From Gammaproteobacteria bacterium (GTDB lineage: Bacteria; Pseudomonadota; Gammaproteobacteria; JAADHS01): DNA of 64,000 nt. The notes under the pieces were generated by a model, which was not told where the DNA came from, did not search any database, and saw only the letters and a list, made by a program, of their open reading frames with translations. Shown in pieces: positions 9,154 through 19,865 of the stretch (its first letter is position 1; each line of letters starts with the position of its first letter). Both the position numbers and the translations under genes were made by a program. The DNA is taken from contig JAADHS010000078.1 of the NCBI GenBank assembly GCA_013151745.1, forward strand, positions 255 to 64,254. The letters run 5' to 3'.

Positions 9154-9642
9154 CTATGCTGGCATGAATTTTAATGCGAGTCCATTGTTACACCATCGTT
9201 TACCGCTGGGCTTAGGGCCATCTTTGAAAACATGACCTTGGTGTCCCTCGCAGCGAGCGCAGTGATATTCTGTGCGTGGATAGATCAACTTAAAGTCGCG
9301 CTTTGTTGCTACGTTAGCATCGATAGTCGTGAAAAAACTGGGCCATCCTGTGCCGCTGTCATATTTCATATCGGAATTGAACAGGGGCAGTTCACAGGCG
9401 GCACAGACATAAACGCCATCTTGTTTTTCATTATTTAACGAGCTTGAATAGGGGGCTTCGGTTCCTTCTTGCCGTAGAATATGATACTGCTCTGGTGTGA
9501 GTAGTTGTGCCCATTCGGCATCTGATTTGATGACTTTTTCGATGTGGTTTGTTGAAATTTCGTTGTTACTCATGACACGTGTCCCAAAAATCGAGGCTGG
9601 AATTAGCCCCAGCGTACTGATAAGAAAATGTCGTCGTTTCAT
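9154..9642 (-). CDS. msrB: Peptide-methionine (R)-S-oxide reductase MsrB with a twin-arginine-like signal peptide (periplasmic)
   Basis: SelR/MsrB fold with two CxxC zinc pairs (CAAC, CARC) and the catalytic region RWCNNGLAL. The N-terminal MKRRHFLISTLGLIPASIFG resembles a Tat signal. Confidence 0.9.
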   Translation of the reverse strand: MKRRHFLISTLGLIPASIFGTRVMSNNEISTNHIEKVIKSDAEWAQLLTPEQYHILRQEGTEAPYSSSLNNEKQDGVYVCAACELPLFNSDMKYDSGTGWPSFFTTIDANVATKRDFKLIYPRTEYHCARCEGHQGHVFKDGPKPSGKRWCNNGLALKFMPA

Positions 9643-9683
9643 CGCTCGTAACCTTTTGTTGTCATGGTGGAGTGATTATAATG

Positions 9684-9860
9684 CTCATGGCGTTATGAAT
9701 TTAGGTGTTTTCACGTCCATCTGTATCTTATCTTTGGCTTTTCCTCAATCGAAAAAACTCGATTTAGCACACTAGATCTGCGTTTTTTCTCAGTCGAAAA
9801 AATCGAACCTAAGGCACCTCTGCACGTGTTAACACCTAAGTCCATAACGCTATGGGTATA
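9684..9860. repeat. MITE-like element copy A (about 177 bp) with about 30-bp terminal inverted repeats
   Basis: Left end ...CATGGCGTTATGAATTTAGGTGTT. Right end AACACCTAAGTCCATAACGCTATGGGTATA, which is its reverse complement. The internal sequence is shared with copy B at 16299-16480. Confidence 0.6.
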
Positions 9861-10263
9861 GTTTAGAGGTGATTGGTTGTTGTTTGGTTGCGTGAGTGTC
9901 ACAAATAGTTAACATTTCTAAATAGATCCCTAAGCCGGGCAGGGGTTATCCTGATTGTACACCGAATTTTCCGATCGTATGATGTTTGAGTGGTTTGGAA
10001 TCCTGAGTAAAACACTTGAAACTTGTGTGAGTAATACCTGCCATGATTTTTATTTTCAAGGCGTAGAATAGGCTCACTTTTAGAGCTAAATTAATGGTAA
10101 GATAATGATGTGAAATATAAAAATTTCGTGATGACAAGGTTGCTGTAAAGCATAAATAAAAGGTGACGAGGGTCACCTGAAACAACGGCTTGTTTGCAAA
10201 GCAAAGGTCTCTGAACGAGAACTAACTGAAGCGTTTGTGAATACGTGCCGATAGAGAGGCTCT

Positions 10264-11556
10264 GTGAAACATTTTTCACTTTCTGGGGATGCTACCGAAT
10301 CGCGTTATATTAGCCGACTCACCCGGAACACTCTGGCGCTGGTGTTAGCTGGAGGGCGAGGTACAAGGCTACAGGATTTGACGCGATGGCGGGTGAAACC
10401 GGCGGTTCCCTTCGGTGGAAAATTCAGAATTATTGATTTTCCTTTATCTAATTGTATTAACTCTGAAATCCGAACTGTCTGTGTGCTGACTCAGTATAAA
10501 TCGCACTCCTTGATTCGTCATATTCAGCAGGGCTGGAATTATTTACGTAGTGAGTTTGGTGAGTTCGTCGAACTGTTACCAGCGCAGCAGCGAGTCCAGG
10601 CATCCTGGTATTCAGGGACGGCGGATGCGGTATATCAAAATCTTGATATCATTAGAAGCCATAAACCAGAATATGTTCTTATTCTTGCGGGAGATCATAT
10701 TTACAAAATGGATTATGGTCCCATGATTGCGCATCATGTTGCGGCAAATGCAGATCTTACTGTTGGCTGCATTGAGGTTCCGCTGGAGTTAGCTAAGTCA
10801 TTTGGTGTCATGGCGGTCGGCAGTGATGGTCAAGTATTACGTTTTTCTGAAAAACCAGATCATCCAGAACCGGTGCCAGGGCGCAGTGATGTTGCGTTGG
10901 CCTCCATGGGCATTTATGTTTTTAGTACTGAATTTTTGTTTGATCAATTGATCAATGATGCTAAAAATAAGGATTCTGCACACGATTTTGGTCACAATAT
11001 TATTCCTTCTGTGATTGAAAATTATACGGTGAGCACTTACTTATTTAGAGATGTGCAAAATAATACACAGGCTTATTGGCGCGATGTCGGAACGGTTGAT
11101 GCGTTTTGGGAGGCTAATATGGAATTGGTTGATATTACACCCGAGTTAAACCTGTACGATACAGAATGGCCGATTTGGACTTATCAGGAACAACTTCCTC
11201 CGGCTAAGTTTGTGCTTGATGATGACGGTCGACGGGGCATGGCTGTGGACTCTATGGTTTCAGGAGGGTGTGTGATTTCTGGAGCGGTAGTTCGTAAATC
11301 TTTATTGTTTTCAAGTGTTAGGGTTGAGGTTAACTCGTTAGTGGAAGATTCGGTTGTTTTGCCCGATGTCGTTATTGGTAGTCGTTGTACTATAAAAAAA
11401 GCAGTGATAGATAAAGGTTGCATCATCCCGGATGGTACCTCTATTGGTGAAGACCATGAGGCGGATAAAAAACGAGGCTTCACTCTGTCGGATGGCGGTG
11501 TTGTACTTGTTACTCCTGACATGCTGGGTCAGGGTGTACACTACGTTCAAAAATAG
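10264..11556 (+). CDS. glgC: Glucose-1-phosphate adenylyltransferase (ADP-glucose pyrophosphorylase)
   Basis: LAGGRGTRL nucleotide-binding motif, [14 protein letters not shown], overall GlgC architecture of 430 aa. GTG start. Confidence 0.9.
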   Translation: MKHFSLSGDATESRYISRLTRNTLALVLAGGRGTRLQDLTRWRVKPAVPFGGKFRIIDFPLSNCINSEIRTVCVLTQYKSHSLIRHIQQGWNYLRSEFGEFVELLPAQQRVQASWYSGTADAVYQNLDIIRSHKPEYVLILAGDHIYKMDYGPMIAHHVAANADLTVGCIEVPLELAKSFGVMAVGSDGQVLRFSEKPDHPEPVPGRSDVALASMGIYVFSTEFLFDQLINDAKNKDSAHDFGHNIIPSVIENYTVSTYLFRDVQNNTQAYWRDVGTVDAFWEANMELVDITPELNLYDTEWPIWTYQEQLPPAKFVLDDDGRRGMAVDSMVSGGCVISGAVVRKSLLFSSVRVEVNSLVEDSVVLPDVVIGSRCTIKKAVIDKGCIIPDGTSIGEDHEADKKRGFTLSDGGVVLVTPDMLGQGVHYVQK

Positions 11557-11581
11557 GTTTTTAAGTATATGAATAAAGGCG

Positions 11582-13054
11582 ATGCAAGCGGGTTTGGATT
11601 CGTTTGTGACTGATTTTTCTTGGTTGGATCAACGGTGCGCGGGTGTGGTGTTACATCCTACTTCATTGCCGGGTAGGGAATCCTGTGGAACACTGGGCAC
11701 AGAAGCTTTTCGATTTGTCGATTGGTTGGCGCAGAGTGGTTTAAAAGTATGGCAAATATTACCACTGGGTCCGACGCACGACGATTTATCTCCCTATCAA
11801 TGTTTGTCAGCTTACGCTGGTAATCCTCGTTTGATTTGTTTTGCCAAACTTGGTTTAGAAGAGTTCAGTGTCGACCAGCAAAATACTTCGTCTTTATTAA
11901 TTCAAGCATACCAGCGCTGGCATCGTCTTCAAGGTGAGCAACATGCTGATTATCGTCGTTTTATCGCGTTTAACGAATACTGGTTAGAAGACTTTGTGCT
12001 TTTTGTTGCGCTGAGAGCAGAGCAACATGAGTTGAGTTGGAATGAGTGGCCAATGGAATTAAGAAGCAGGCAACCGCAGGCCTTGGCTATGGCACGGCAG
12101 CGGTTGTCGGAACAATTAGATCATCTACGTTATGAGCAGTATTTGTTTTTTTCGCAATGGTCAGAACTTACAGATTATGCGTCCAGCAAAAACGTTTTGA
12201 TTTTTGGTGATATGCCTATTTTTGTCGCTTACGATAGTGCGGATGTTTGGGCGAATCAAGACTTGTTTCTATTAGATTCCAATGGAAAGCCCTCCGTTGT
12301 CGCGGGCGTGCCTCCTGACTATTTTTCGGAAACAGGTCAGCGTTGGGGCAATCCTTTGTATGATTGGCCTGCTATGGTGATTAAGAATTTTTCTTGGTGG
12401 CGGCAGCGATTTGCATTCCAGTTCCAGATTTTTGATTTAGTCCGTATTGATCATTTTCGTGGTTTTGAAGCCTATTGGGAGATTGATGCAAACTGTGAGA
12501 CGGCGATCGTAGGTCGATGGGTTAAGGCACCCGGTGAAGCGCTATTTTCAAGTGTGTTAGATTGTTTGGGTCGTTTGCCGCTGGTTGCTGAGGATTTGGG
12601 TGTGATCACCGAGGAAGTGGTTGAGTTGCAGAAGCAATTTCACTTGCCTGGTATGAAGATATTACAGTTTGCATTTGATAGTGGTGATGATAATCCCTAT
12701 TTGCTACAGAATCACATAGAAAATTGCGTGGTATATACCGGTACGCACGATAATAATACCTCACTGGGGTGGTTTAACAGTTTAGATGAAGGGGCGCAGC
12801 AGCGGGTGCTGTCATTTGTTGAAAATGACAGCAAGGTTGCGATGCCGTGGTCTCTGGTAGAACTGGCCATGAGTTCTGTCGCCAGGTTGGTCATGGTGCC
12901 GATGCAAGATTTACTGAGTTTGGATGAGGATGCACGGATGAATACTCCAGGTGTTGCGGAAGGGAACTGGCGATGGCGTTTTGCCTGGCAGCAAGTACCC
13001 GCAGAACTGGCTGGCGATATACGTCATTGTCTTGAGCGGAATGATCGAGCTTAG
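11582..13054 (+). CDS. malQ: 4-alpha-glucanotransferase (amylomaltase, GH77)
   Basis: GH77 conserved blocks (VLHPTSLPG, GDMPIFVAYDSADVW, RIDHFRGF) and 490 aa. It sits immediately downstream of glgC. Confidence 0.9.
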   Translation: MQAGLDSFVTDFSWLDQRCAGVVLHPTSLPGRESCGTLGTEAFRFVDWLAQSGLKVWQILPLGPTHDDLSPYQCLSAYAGNPRLICFAKLGLEEFSVDQQNTSSLLIQAYQRWHRLQGEQHADYRRFIAFNEYWLEDFVLFVALRAEQHELSWNEWPMELRSRQPQALAMARQRLSEQLDHLRYEQYLFFSQWSELTDYASSKNVLIFGDMPIFVAYDSADVWANQDLFLLDSNGKPSVVAGVPPDYFSETGQRWGNPLYDWPAMVIKNFSWWRQRFAFQFQIFDLVRIDHFRGFEAYWEIDANCETAIVGRWVKAPGEALFSSVLDCLGRLPLVAEDLGVITEEVVELQKQFHLPGMKILQFAFDSGDDNPYLLQNHIENCVVYTGTHDNNTSLGWFNSLDEGAQQRVLSFVENDSKVAMPWSLVELAMSSVARLVMVPMQDLLSLDEDARMNTPGVAEGNWRWRFAWQQVPAELAGDIRHCLERNDRA

Positions 13055-13065
13055 AATCAAGCAAC

Positions 13066-13100
13066 TTGTGCATCAGTGTTGCGGTTTTTTTATGTCATGG
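13066..13100 (+). terminator. Candidate rho-independent terminator after malQ
   Basis: GCAAC-(12 nt loop)-GTTGC short stem followed by GGTTTTTTTA. Stem is weak. It sits between the convergent malQ and the HEAT/Sel1 gene. Confidence 0.3.
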
Positions 13101-13225
13101 CGGCGTTAAAATTTCTCGCAATAGAGTGTGGGGGCTATACCTCGTCTTTTGCCTTACCTACAGGGATTGTAGGTCACCCCCGGTGTTAGAATAGGATGGC
13201 TACTGTTTACCAATGATATTTCTTT

Positions 13226-14653
13226 TTACCGTTCATTCTTAATTTTGTTATAAGCCTGGCGGGCATATGAATTTAGCCTTCCATCGCGCCTTTTTGTCAA
13301 AGCATTAATTTTCTCCAAGCTGGTATTTGCCAACTTTCCGTATTCAGATAAAGCTAAAGCAGCCCGCCCCGCAACATTGTTGTTTGGATCTTCCAATAAT
13401 TTATCTAATGGTGTTATCGCGTTTGGCAAAACATCCGCATAAAGCGCTACACCATAGGCGCCATTTTCTCTTATGTGTGCTGCTTGGTGCGATAACATGG
13501 CCACAATTTTTTCCGCTACAATTTCACCCTGTGGATCAATTTTGTTAATCGCAATGAGTGCATGCCACGCTGTAGAGGAATTTCTCGACTGCGTCACTTT
13601 GAGCAAATCAGGAATGGCTGCAATGGCCCTTGGGCCCATTTTTTTGAGGGTTGTCAGCGCACTAACCCGAATTTGAACGTTTGTAGAAAATAAATCCTGT
13701 GTGTGTTTGGCGAGTTGCTTATCTTGTGTTTTTGCCTCTGCTACTTTCCTTGCAAGGCAAGTGACTCTTTCCTTAAAAGACTGTAGTTCTTTCTCATCAA
13801 AATTTGATTTACCCCGATTTTTTTCATAAGCGCTTACCCATTTTTCAAATTCAGGAAGCGCTTCATATGATTTTGGTGACAGGCGGCATGAGCTTTCCAG
13901 TGAATATTTTTTATTCATTGAGTGCAAAATTGCATCTCTGTGCCCATACTCGGCAGCAAGGGTTAACCATTTGTCTGCATCACTTTCCTGTTCAAGTTTT
14001 GATGAGTAGGGCATAAAAGATGTTGATTGCCATAAATCATAATATTTCCCCCCATCTGGCTTATTGGCAGCTAACAATTTTAATAATGCTATACGGTCAT
14101 AATTCTTTAACGGCAGTAGTTTTATAGCTGCATGTGCGGCATTTATATGCCCTTGTTTTCCTGCCTTGCTGTACCATTCCCTTGCGAATTTCTCATTTTT
14201 TCCTGTTGTACCCCCTGTTCCTGTTTCATGAAAATACCCCATCCAATATTGAGCAATGGCAATGTTTTCATCTGCCAGTGGCTTAACAATAAGAACCGGA
14301 TTTATAAGGCTAAAATATGCAATCACTACTGCAAACGCGATGGAAGCTGAGACATTTCCAAGCCGGGTTGATTTGATCCATTGCCCCAATAAAAAGCTGG
14401 TTGCAACATAAATAAAAAATAGAATGGCGATCCATATTCTAAAATCACCCATCCCAAGTAGTGCCATAAAACCCCTAAAGATAGCCCAGACGGATACAGA
14501 AAAAATTATTAGAATCGATAACATCAGTTTTAATCGTTGCCACCAGAGCCATTTTTTTGTTTCAGTCTCTTGAGATTTTATAAACTGAAGAATGAGCCAT
14601 ATGACCCCTGGGGTCGCCAGCAATGTGGGATACAAAAAGATTTCAATATTCAT
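13226..14653 (-). CDS. Membrane-anchored repeat protein: N-terminal about 4 TM helices, central Sel1/TPR-like repeats, C-terminal HEAT (PBS-lyase type) repeats
   Basis: The N-terminal 120 aa are hydrophobic. Sel1-like motifs: WYSKAGKQGHINAAHAAI, WLTLAAEYGHRDAILHSM. HEAT-like repeats: VRVSALTTLKKMGPRAIAAIPDLL, HIRENGAYGVAL, VAGRAALALSEYG. Confidence 0.6.
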   Translation of the reverse strand: MNIEIFLYPTLLATPGVIWLILQFIKSQETETKKWLWWQRLKLMLSILIIFSVSVWAIFRGFMALLGMGDFRIWIAILFFIYVATSFLLGQWIKSTRLGNVSASIAFAVVIAYFSLINPVLIVKPLADENIAIAQYWMGYFHETGTGGTTGKNEKFAREWYSKAGKQGHINAAHAAIKLLPLKNYDRIALLKLLAANKPDGGKYYDLWQSTSFMPYSSKLEQESDADKWLTLAAEYGHRDAILHSMNKKYSLESSCRLSPKSYEALPEFEKWVSAYEKNRGKSNFDEKELQSFKERVTCLARKVAEAKTQDKQLAKHTQDLFSTNVQIRVSALTTLKKMGPRAIAAIPDLLKVTQSRNSSTAWHALIAINKIDPQGEIVAEKIVAMLSHQAAHIRENGAYGVALYADVLPNAITPLDKLLEDPNNNVAGRAALALSEYGKLANTSLEKINALTKRRDGRLNSYARQAYNKIKNER

Positions 14654-15185
14654 GCTTTCATTGTTCGCTTTTTAAGGTTTTGGCATATGGCAATAGTATG
14701 CGAATGTCCATCTTGCTTTTGGCGCTGAATTTAATTTTTTCGATGGATTGGATTATTTTGTAATTTCCAGTTAATCGAGCACAGTTGTAACCGGAAGGGG
14801 AACTTAAGCGAGGTTAAGTTGGCATTAGAGTCGGCTAAAATCGAAATTTCCACTATTATTTTAGAGGCGGTACTCCGCGAATTGAATGCCCAAGGTAAAG
14901 AATGCAAAACGAAAGCTCAAAACTTGGCGAAGCGCTTGCGAAACTATGGGAATGCTCATTACCACGCCAGGCATAATCTAGCAAAACAAGCGTCATTTTA
15001 TCGTGATCGATCGGCTTTTGACTTTATTCGCCAAGCCCTTCCTTGTTACCTGATGAGCCAATACTTCGCTCATTCATACTAAACTGGATTCGTAGGGTCA
15101 CGCTGTCAGTTTTGTAAGGCCGTAAACGGTGACATACCGAGGCAGCGATACTCTCGATTTTTGCTTGTATATTCATGAGTCGAGA

Positions 15186-15272
15186 TGGTGCCGGGAGAGA
15201 GAATCGAACTCTCACTCTGTTTCCAGAACCGGATTTTGAATCCGGCGCGTCTACCAGTTCCGCCACCCCGGC
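15186..15272 (-). tRNA. tRNA-Leu (anticodon CAA) with long variable arm
   Basis: The reverse complement reads GCCGGGGTGGCGGAACTGGTAGACGCGCCGGATTCAAAATCCGG...GTTCGATTCTCTCTCCCGGCACCA. Anticodon loop is TT-CAA-AA and the 3' CCA is encoded. ORF 15024-15266 is its antisense artefact. Confidence 0.9.
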
Positions 15273-15371
15273 AATAGTGGGTGAGCTAAATGGCCGCTAA
15301 GATTACACTGCTGCGCAAAAAATGGCAATATTAATGCTGGATAAAAGCACAATTTAAAACTGTTTTCTAGG

Positions 15372-16271
15372 TTAAATATCGACTATAGCGGTTACTTTAT
15401 TACCACAGCCTTCATAATTTAGCTTGGAAAAACTACCCATTTTAGCAAGAGCAATGCCTCGGCCATGGCTATCGAACGCTCGTGCGGGATCAAGATCCAG
15501 GTATTTTTCCCATTTGAAGCCCTGTCCTTCGTCGACAATGATGAATTCAATATAGCTGTTGTGACGAGTGTAGGAAACGTGAACTTTTTTAGTTTTATTT
15601 TCCGGTTGTTGTAAACGTTTTTCAATTTCCTGTAACCAGCTTCCATCTCTTTGTATTACCGATTTTTCTGCGTAGCCTATACCGAGATTACCGTGTTCGA
15701 TGGCGTTGATGAGCAATTCTGAAAGCCCAGTGACGATTCTTGTAGGGTTGGGACAAGTGTCGGCCAGCAAAGAGGCCAGGTTTTGTGCTTCATTCAGTGT
15801 CTGAAAGCTGAAGTGGCCCGTGTCAAGCAGGGTGAGTGTGCGTGAATGTTGATGCACTTTTTTTTGTAATTCTAAATAGCGTTGACGATCTTGGGTGACT
15901 GAAGTAACGAGAGAAATAAGCTGGTTTTTGTTGAAAGGTTTAGTTAAATAGAAGAGGGCACCGGCCGCCAAACCTTCTTCAATATCCTCTTCGCTGGCTC
16001 GAGCAGTTTGGATGATGACGGGAATATTTTTCAGCTCATTATGTTTTTTCATGCGCTGCAAGACAGCAATACCATCTAGTTTAGGCATCATTCTATCGAG
16101 CAGAACTAAATCATATTGCGTGGGTGATTTTGAAAGCATTTCCCATGCCACTTCGCCATTTTGAGCGGTATGTAATCCGAAATTTTTATCTTCGAGATGA
16201 GCGAGGATGATTTCTAAATTAAAAGGTTCGTCATCAACGACCAGTAATTGAAGTTGTTTTTTAGTCATCAT
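15372..16271 (-). CDS. Response-regulator receiver domain fused to an anti-sigma-factor-like (RsbW/SpoIIAB-type) GHKL ATPase/serine-kinase domain; no HisKA domain
   Basis: Receiver: LLVVDDEPFN, VLLDRMMPKLDG (phospho-acceptor Asp present), IIQTARASEE, TKP. C-terminal N-box LLINAIEHGN, G1 box DEGQGF, G2 box GRGIALAK. Confidence 0.75.
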   Translation of the reverse strand: MMTKKQLQLLVVDDEPFNLEIILAHLEDKNFGLHTAQNGEVAWEMLSKSPTQYDLVLLDRMMPKLDGIAVLQRMKKHNELKNIPVIIQTARASEEDIEEGLAAGALFYLTKPFNKNQLISLVTSVTQDRQRYLELQKKVHQHSRTLTLLDTGHFSFQTLNEAQNLASLLADTCPNPTRIVTGLSELLINAIEHGNLGIGYAEKSVIQRDGSWLQEIEKRLQQPENKTKKVHVSYTRHNSYIEFIIVDEGQGFKWEKYLDLDPARAFDSHGRGIALAKMGSFSKLNYEGCGNKVTAIVDI

Positions 16272-16298
16272 TGAGAGTCTATTATTTCAAGGCTGATA

Positions 16299-16480
16299 TA
16301 TACCCGTGGCGTTATGAATTTAGGTGTTTTCACGTACACTCACACCTCATTTTCGACTTTTATTTAATTGAAAATAACCCAACTTAGACAGCTAGGTCTG
16401 TGTTTTTTCTCAATCAGAAAAACCGAATCTAAGGCACATCTGCATACGCTAACACCTAAAGTCATAACGCCATGGGTATA
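16299..16480. repeat. MITE-like element copy B (about 182 bp), same subfamily as copy A
   Basis: Left TIR TATACCCGTGGCGTTATGAATTTAGGTGTT. Right TIR AACACCTAAAGTCATAACGCCATGGGTATA. Internal region about 80% identical to copy A. Confidence 0.6.
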
Positions 16481-16595
16481 GCATATGCTATGTCGTTGTT
16501 TTTGTCTCTTGTCTGTGAACAAAGGTTTGGCACAATTCAGAGTATTTTTTCAATAATCATCTTGTTATCGGACTGTTTGTTTATACGTTGAGGGC

Positions 16596-16760
16596 ATATG
16601 CCCGTAGCGATTAATATTTAGGTGTAATTGCACTCCCTCTTCATTCCCTGGCTACGTTGCAAACGCCTCGCAATAGCTCACTATTACTCGTCATTTCGCC
16701 TTGCCAGGAAATGAATAGGGCGCACACTCAATACCTAAAATTCAAGCGCTACGGGTATAT
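16596..16760. repeat. MITE-like element copy C (about 165 bp), second subfamily; internal region is the reverse complement of copy D
   Basis: Ends ATATGCCCGTAGCGATTAATATTTAGGTGT ... ACACCTAAAATTCAAGCGCTACGGGTATAT. The internal CTCGCAATAGCTCACTATTACTCGTCATTT matches the reverse complement of the 40146-40311 interior. It is tandem with copy B in the RR/queA intergenic region. Confidence 0.55.
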
Positions 16761-16817
16761 TTAATGCAAAACTTAAGTTTATTATGAGCCTATGGAATTA
16801 TGTTATGATCCCGCGTC

Positions 16818-18976
<2,159 letters not shown>

Positions 18977-19244
18977 GTTAGGTTTTAAAAAAATAGGCCC
19001 TATTGTTTGTGCTGAAGCATGTCAGGATAGACTAACAGCGCATCTCTATCTTTTTGTTCGTCTACGACGTCATAAAGAGTAGTCAATATGTAGAAAATAC
19101 ACGATCTTTAGCGCATTAAATCGGGAATGTGTCATAATACGCGCTTTATTTTGCTGGCCGAGGCAAATTACCAAATGAATCGCTGGCTTTGTTTTCAGAG
19201 CAGAGCTGAAAAATAAAAAAACAATTAATTAATGGAGAGAGTCT

Positions 19245-19634
19245 ATGGAGTTTTTTATATCTGATGCAATGGCGCAAGGCGGGGCCGGTAGCGAAGGTAG
19301 TGGTTTAATGGGGTTCATTCCCTTGATTATTATTTTTGTTGTTTTTTATTGGTTGCTGATGCGTCCACAAATGAAACGTGCTAAAGAACATCGACAAATG
19401 CTAGGCACCTTGGCCAAAAATGATGAGGTGACAACAAGCGGCGGTATACTGGGGCGTGTTGTTAAATTAGATGACAATTTTGTTAGCCTGGAAATTGCTG
19501 ATGGAGTGCGCGTGAAAGTGCAGAGAAATGCGGTGGCCTCATTATTGCCCAAAGGCTCTATTAAAGACGACCAACAAAAAAACAAAGACGATCAACAAAA
19601 AAAACAGATTAAGGAGATTGCTGAAAAAAAATAG
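19245..19634 (+). CDS. yajC: Preprotein translocase subunit YajC, with a Lys/Gln-rich C-terminal extension
   Basis: Single TM helix (LIIIFVVFYWLLMRPQ) and the YajC core (RAKEHRQML...GDEVTTSGGILGRV). Position between tgt and secD. The C-terminal tail KDDQQKNKDDQQKKQIKE is an extension. Confidence 0.85.
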   Translation: MEFFISDAMAQGGAGSEGSGLMGFIPLIIIFVVFYWLLMRPQMKRAKEHRQMLGTLAKNDEVTTSGGILGRVVKLDDNFVSLEIADGVRVKVQRNAVASLLPKGSIKDDQQKNKDDQQKKQIKEIAEKK

Positions 19635-19865
19635 ACCTGATCTCGTCGGGTTTTTGTTTCTACGGGTCTGTAAGATTATTTATTTACCGTCCTAAATTAA
19701 GCTGAAAAACAGATGCATAGTGAGCTGTGCCACTGTTTTATAATGCCATAGTATAGACAACAAATGCCGGATTAGTTGTAGTGATATTTATACCTTAATG
19801 GTACAAATAATACGGCCTATTTTTTGACAAAAATCACCTAAGCTCGAATTGGGACAGATAAGGAC

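Noticed and set aside
10140-10170. Perfect 7-bp palindrome AGGTGAC-gagg-GTCACCT upstream of glgC as a regulator operator
   Set aside because: It is too short to distinguish from chance and has no second copy noticed. It is mentioned only here.
11184-11550. Minus-strand ORFs inside glgC, and similar internal antisense ORFs in other genes (e.g. 36629-37072 in ams, 57871-58497 in hom, 46898-47476 in rhlE)
   Set aside because: They are wholly contained within strongly supported genes on the opposite strand. They have low-complexity or atypical composition and no motifs.
15024-15266. 80-aa minus-strand ORF (MAELVDAPDSKSG...)
   Set aside because: It is the antisense translation of tRNA-Leu. This peptide is a recurring artefact over Leu tRNAs.
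9684-16760. Possibility that the repeated elements form a CRISPR array
   Set aside because: The repeats are 165-180 bp with terminal inverted repeats, not 24-48-bp direct repeats separated by unique spacers. No cas genes are present. They are classified as MITE-like.
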